A DNA stretch of 64,000 nucleotides from Balanoglossus misakiensis (taxonomy: Eukaryota; Animalia; Hemichordata). The stretch is taken from positions 5,631,625-5,695,624 of the forward strand of contig CM082579.2 in NCBI GenBank assembly GCA_040954595.2, given 5' to 3'. A model generated the notes under the pieces. It was not told the origin of the DNA. It ran no database searches and saw only the letters and a list, made by a program, of their open reading frames with translations. Shown one piece after another: positions 62,168-64,000 of this stretch. Both the position numbers and the translations under genes were made by a program. Each line of letters starts with the position of its first letter. Position 1 is the first letter of the stretch.

Positions 62168-64000
62168 TTGATAGAATGGAAAGAGAGAAAGTTATTATAT
62201 TATTTTTTTAGGCACTAATCGATGGACATTATTTCATTTTAAGTATAACACATAACAGTATTTCTCCCTTAAGAAGGGGGTGACTTCAGAGCTTTTGAGC
62301 ACATGGGTAACAAAACAGATTATATAAAGATTTTGATTTTTAAAAGGTGTTACAACAGTAGAGTGCTATCAGTACAACAGTGAACTCTCTTTGGATCTTA
62401 TCAACACTTCTTACAGCCGACACTCATTGCATGACATGACTTCAGGTTGTTTGTCATTTCCCTCATAGCCTTCTGGTGGTTACAGGTGTTCAGATGCTAA
62501 CATATTTTTCTGTCCATCATTCATCAGGATATATTTCACACACAACAGTTGCTGCTAAAAACCATTTCAAACTTTGGCGACTACCTTTGGTAATGACTCG
62601 CAGTCACACTGCTAATAGCCACACAGAAGTCTCTCACAGTTCGAAAGGCAGCTGTGACGTGACCGAACACTGCGCTGACAACGTCATGCATGTCACAATC
62701 TTTGATGCCAGCTGCAAAGTGCTGATAATTTCCATCGACACAAGCAGGGGATCGACCCAGGTTGGAAGATACCTCACAATTGGATTATGCAAAACTTGCA
62801 TCAATCTCGTCAATTCTTTGCCTTGCAAAATACAGATTTTAACATGTTATACGTTATCTCAACACACATTTCAAATATATCCACATCATTTTCTTTTCAG
62901 AAACTTTTTGAAATCATTATTTTTGCAATACTTCAACTGGTGTTTTGACATGTAAGGTACCCTCTGTATTGGTTCAACCCTCATCTGCTGAGAAAAAAAT
63001 GTCTGGTTTCGATGGGTACACAGACTAACAGGGGTTGAGAGGTCCTAAAACTATTCTCAGCCACTATGCATTTGTGACCAGTGTGCGCTGATAGACCCCT
63101 GTATATCTGTCACTGTTGTCATAGCAACACAAGGACTCAATCATAACCGTCCCCTTAAAAGTCAGTTAAACTCTGAGTTCATTCAGTGAAGCAAGATCAG
63201 CTTGTTCAAACCAACCCGGCCATTTTCATGACCCGATTTGCACTCATTATAATAAACCTTTTCGGAGAACTTTACCCCCCTCAAACCCTTCGCAAAGTCC
63301 ATACCCTTTCCGTAAGTGATTTACAAAAAATCCTGGAAACACCTGACCCGACTACAACATATAAAGTCCCCACGAACTTTGAAATGTCAATGATTACACT
63401 GAGGTGCACACACTTCAATATTGAACGCACTGCATAGCACACAACGGACACTTTTTTTTTCTCAAAATACTGGTAATAATTTTGTGTGTGAGCTCCACTG
63501 GAACGCCCCTCACAAAATAAAAACACCTCCAGAGTAGAATTTACAGTGAAAAATTGCACATTATTTCATCAAATATCTTGCTTTGTACAGAACATGGAAT
63601 TCAACTATAGACAATGCGTGATGAATAATCACAGAAAGCATCTTATAATTACACAAGTTAGAACTGCCTTCCAATTTCTACATTTACAACATTAACAAAA
63701 GAACATTCTTTACAATTCCATAAAAGTCCTATCCAAAACATTCTTTCTTGCATTTTATTTTTTTCAATTAAAAACAAACATTTCCTGCTTTTGCTTTAGA
63801 ATTCCTGTCCCTGCCAAACGTTACTAAAATATCTTTTCCCTTCCGAGGCAGACACAAAACTCCTAAAGCAAATGTCAATTTTCAGTCGCACAAAAATCCT
63901 GCATCTGCAGTCCTATGATATATATTTTTTTCCTGGTTGTTCAGGAAAGGACCGCACAATTTTCCAGATCACAACTCAATCTCTTTTTTTTTCTCTCACT

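Overview
Eukaryotic, intron-rich, AT-rich genomic DNA. It looks like a marine invertebrate deuterostome (inference from gene content and repeat style, not certain). Manual splice-aware reading gives five protein-coding genes, two of which are absent from the ORF track. (1) AGA, lysosomal aspartylglucosaminidase, + strand, 11 exons, 2141-5400, with CLEAR-type promoter motifs. (2) A hidden beta-thymosin/WH2-like microprotein gene with an unusual aromatic C-terminal tail, - strand, 7005-7370. (3) An intronless class A GPCR with HNY instead of DRY, +, 16708-17748. (4) UFM1, - strand, 5 exons, 20567-21691, with the ATG split by intron 1. (5) NSUN7, +, 10 coding exons, 35051-58089, with His at the motif VI catalytic Cys position and one U12-type intron. 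Non-coding structure includes a perfect 191-bp-arm foldback element, TTAA-flanked MITEs, tandem repeats, many RFX X-box motifs, a triple half-site DR5 element and strong enrichment of the octamer TACATGTA. No rRNA, tRNA or CRISPR array was seen, and I found no evidence for a multi-gene novel system beyond these leads.
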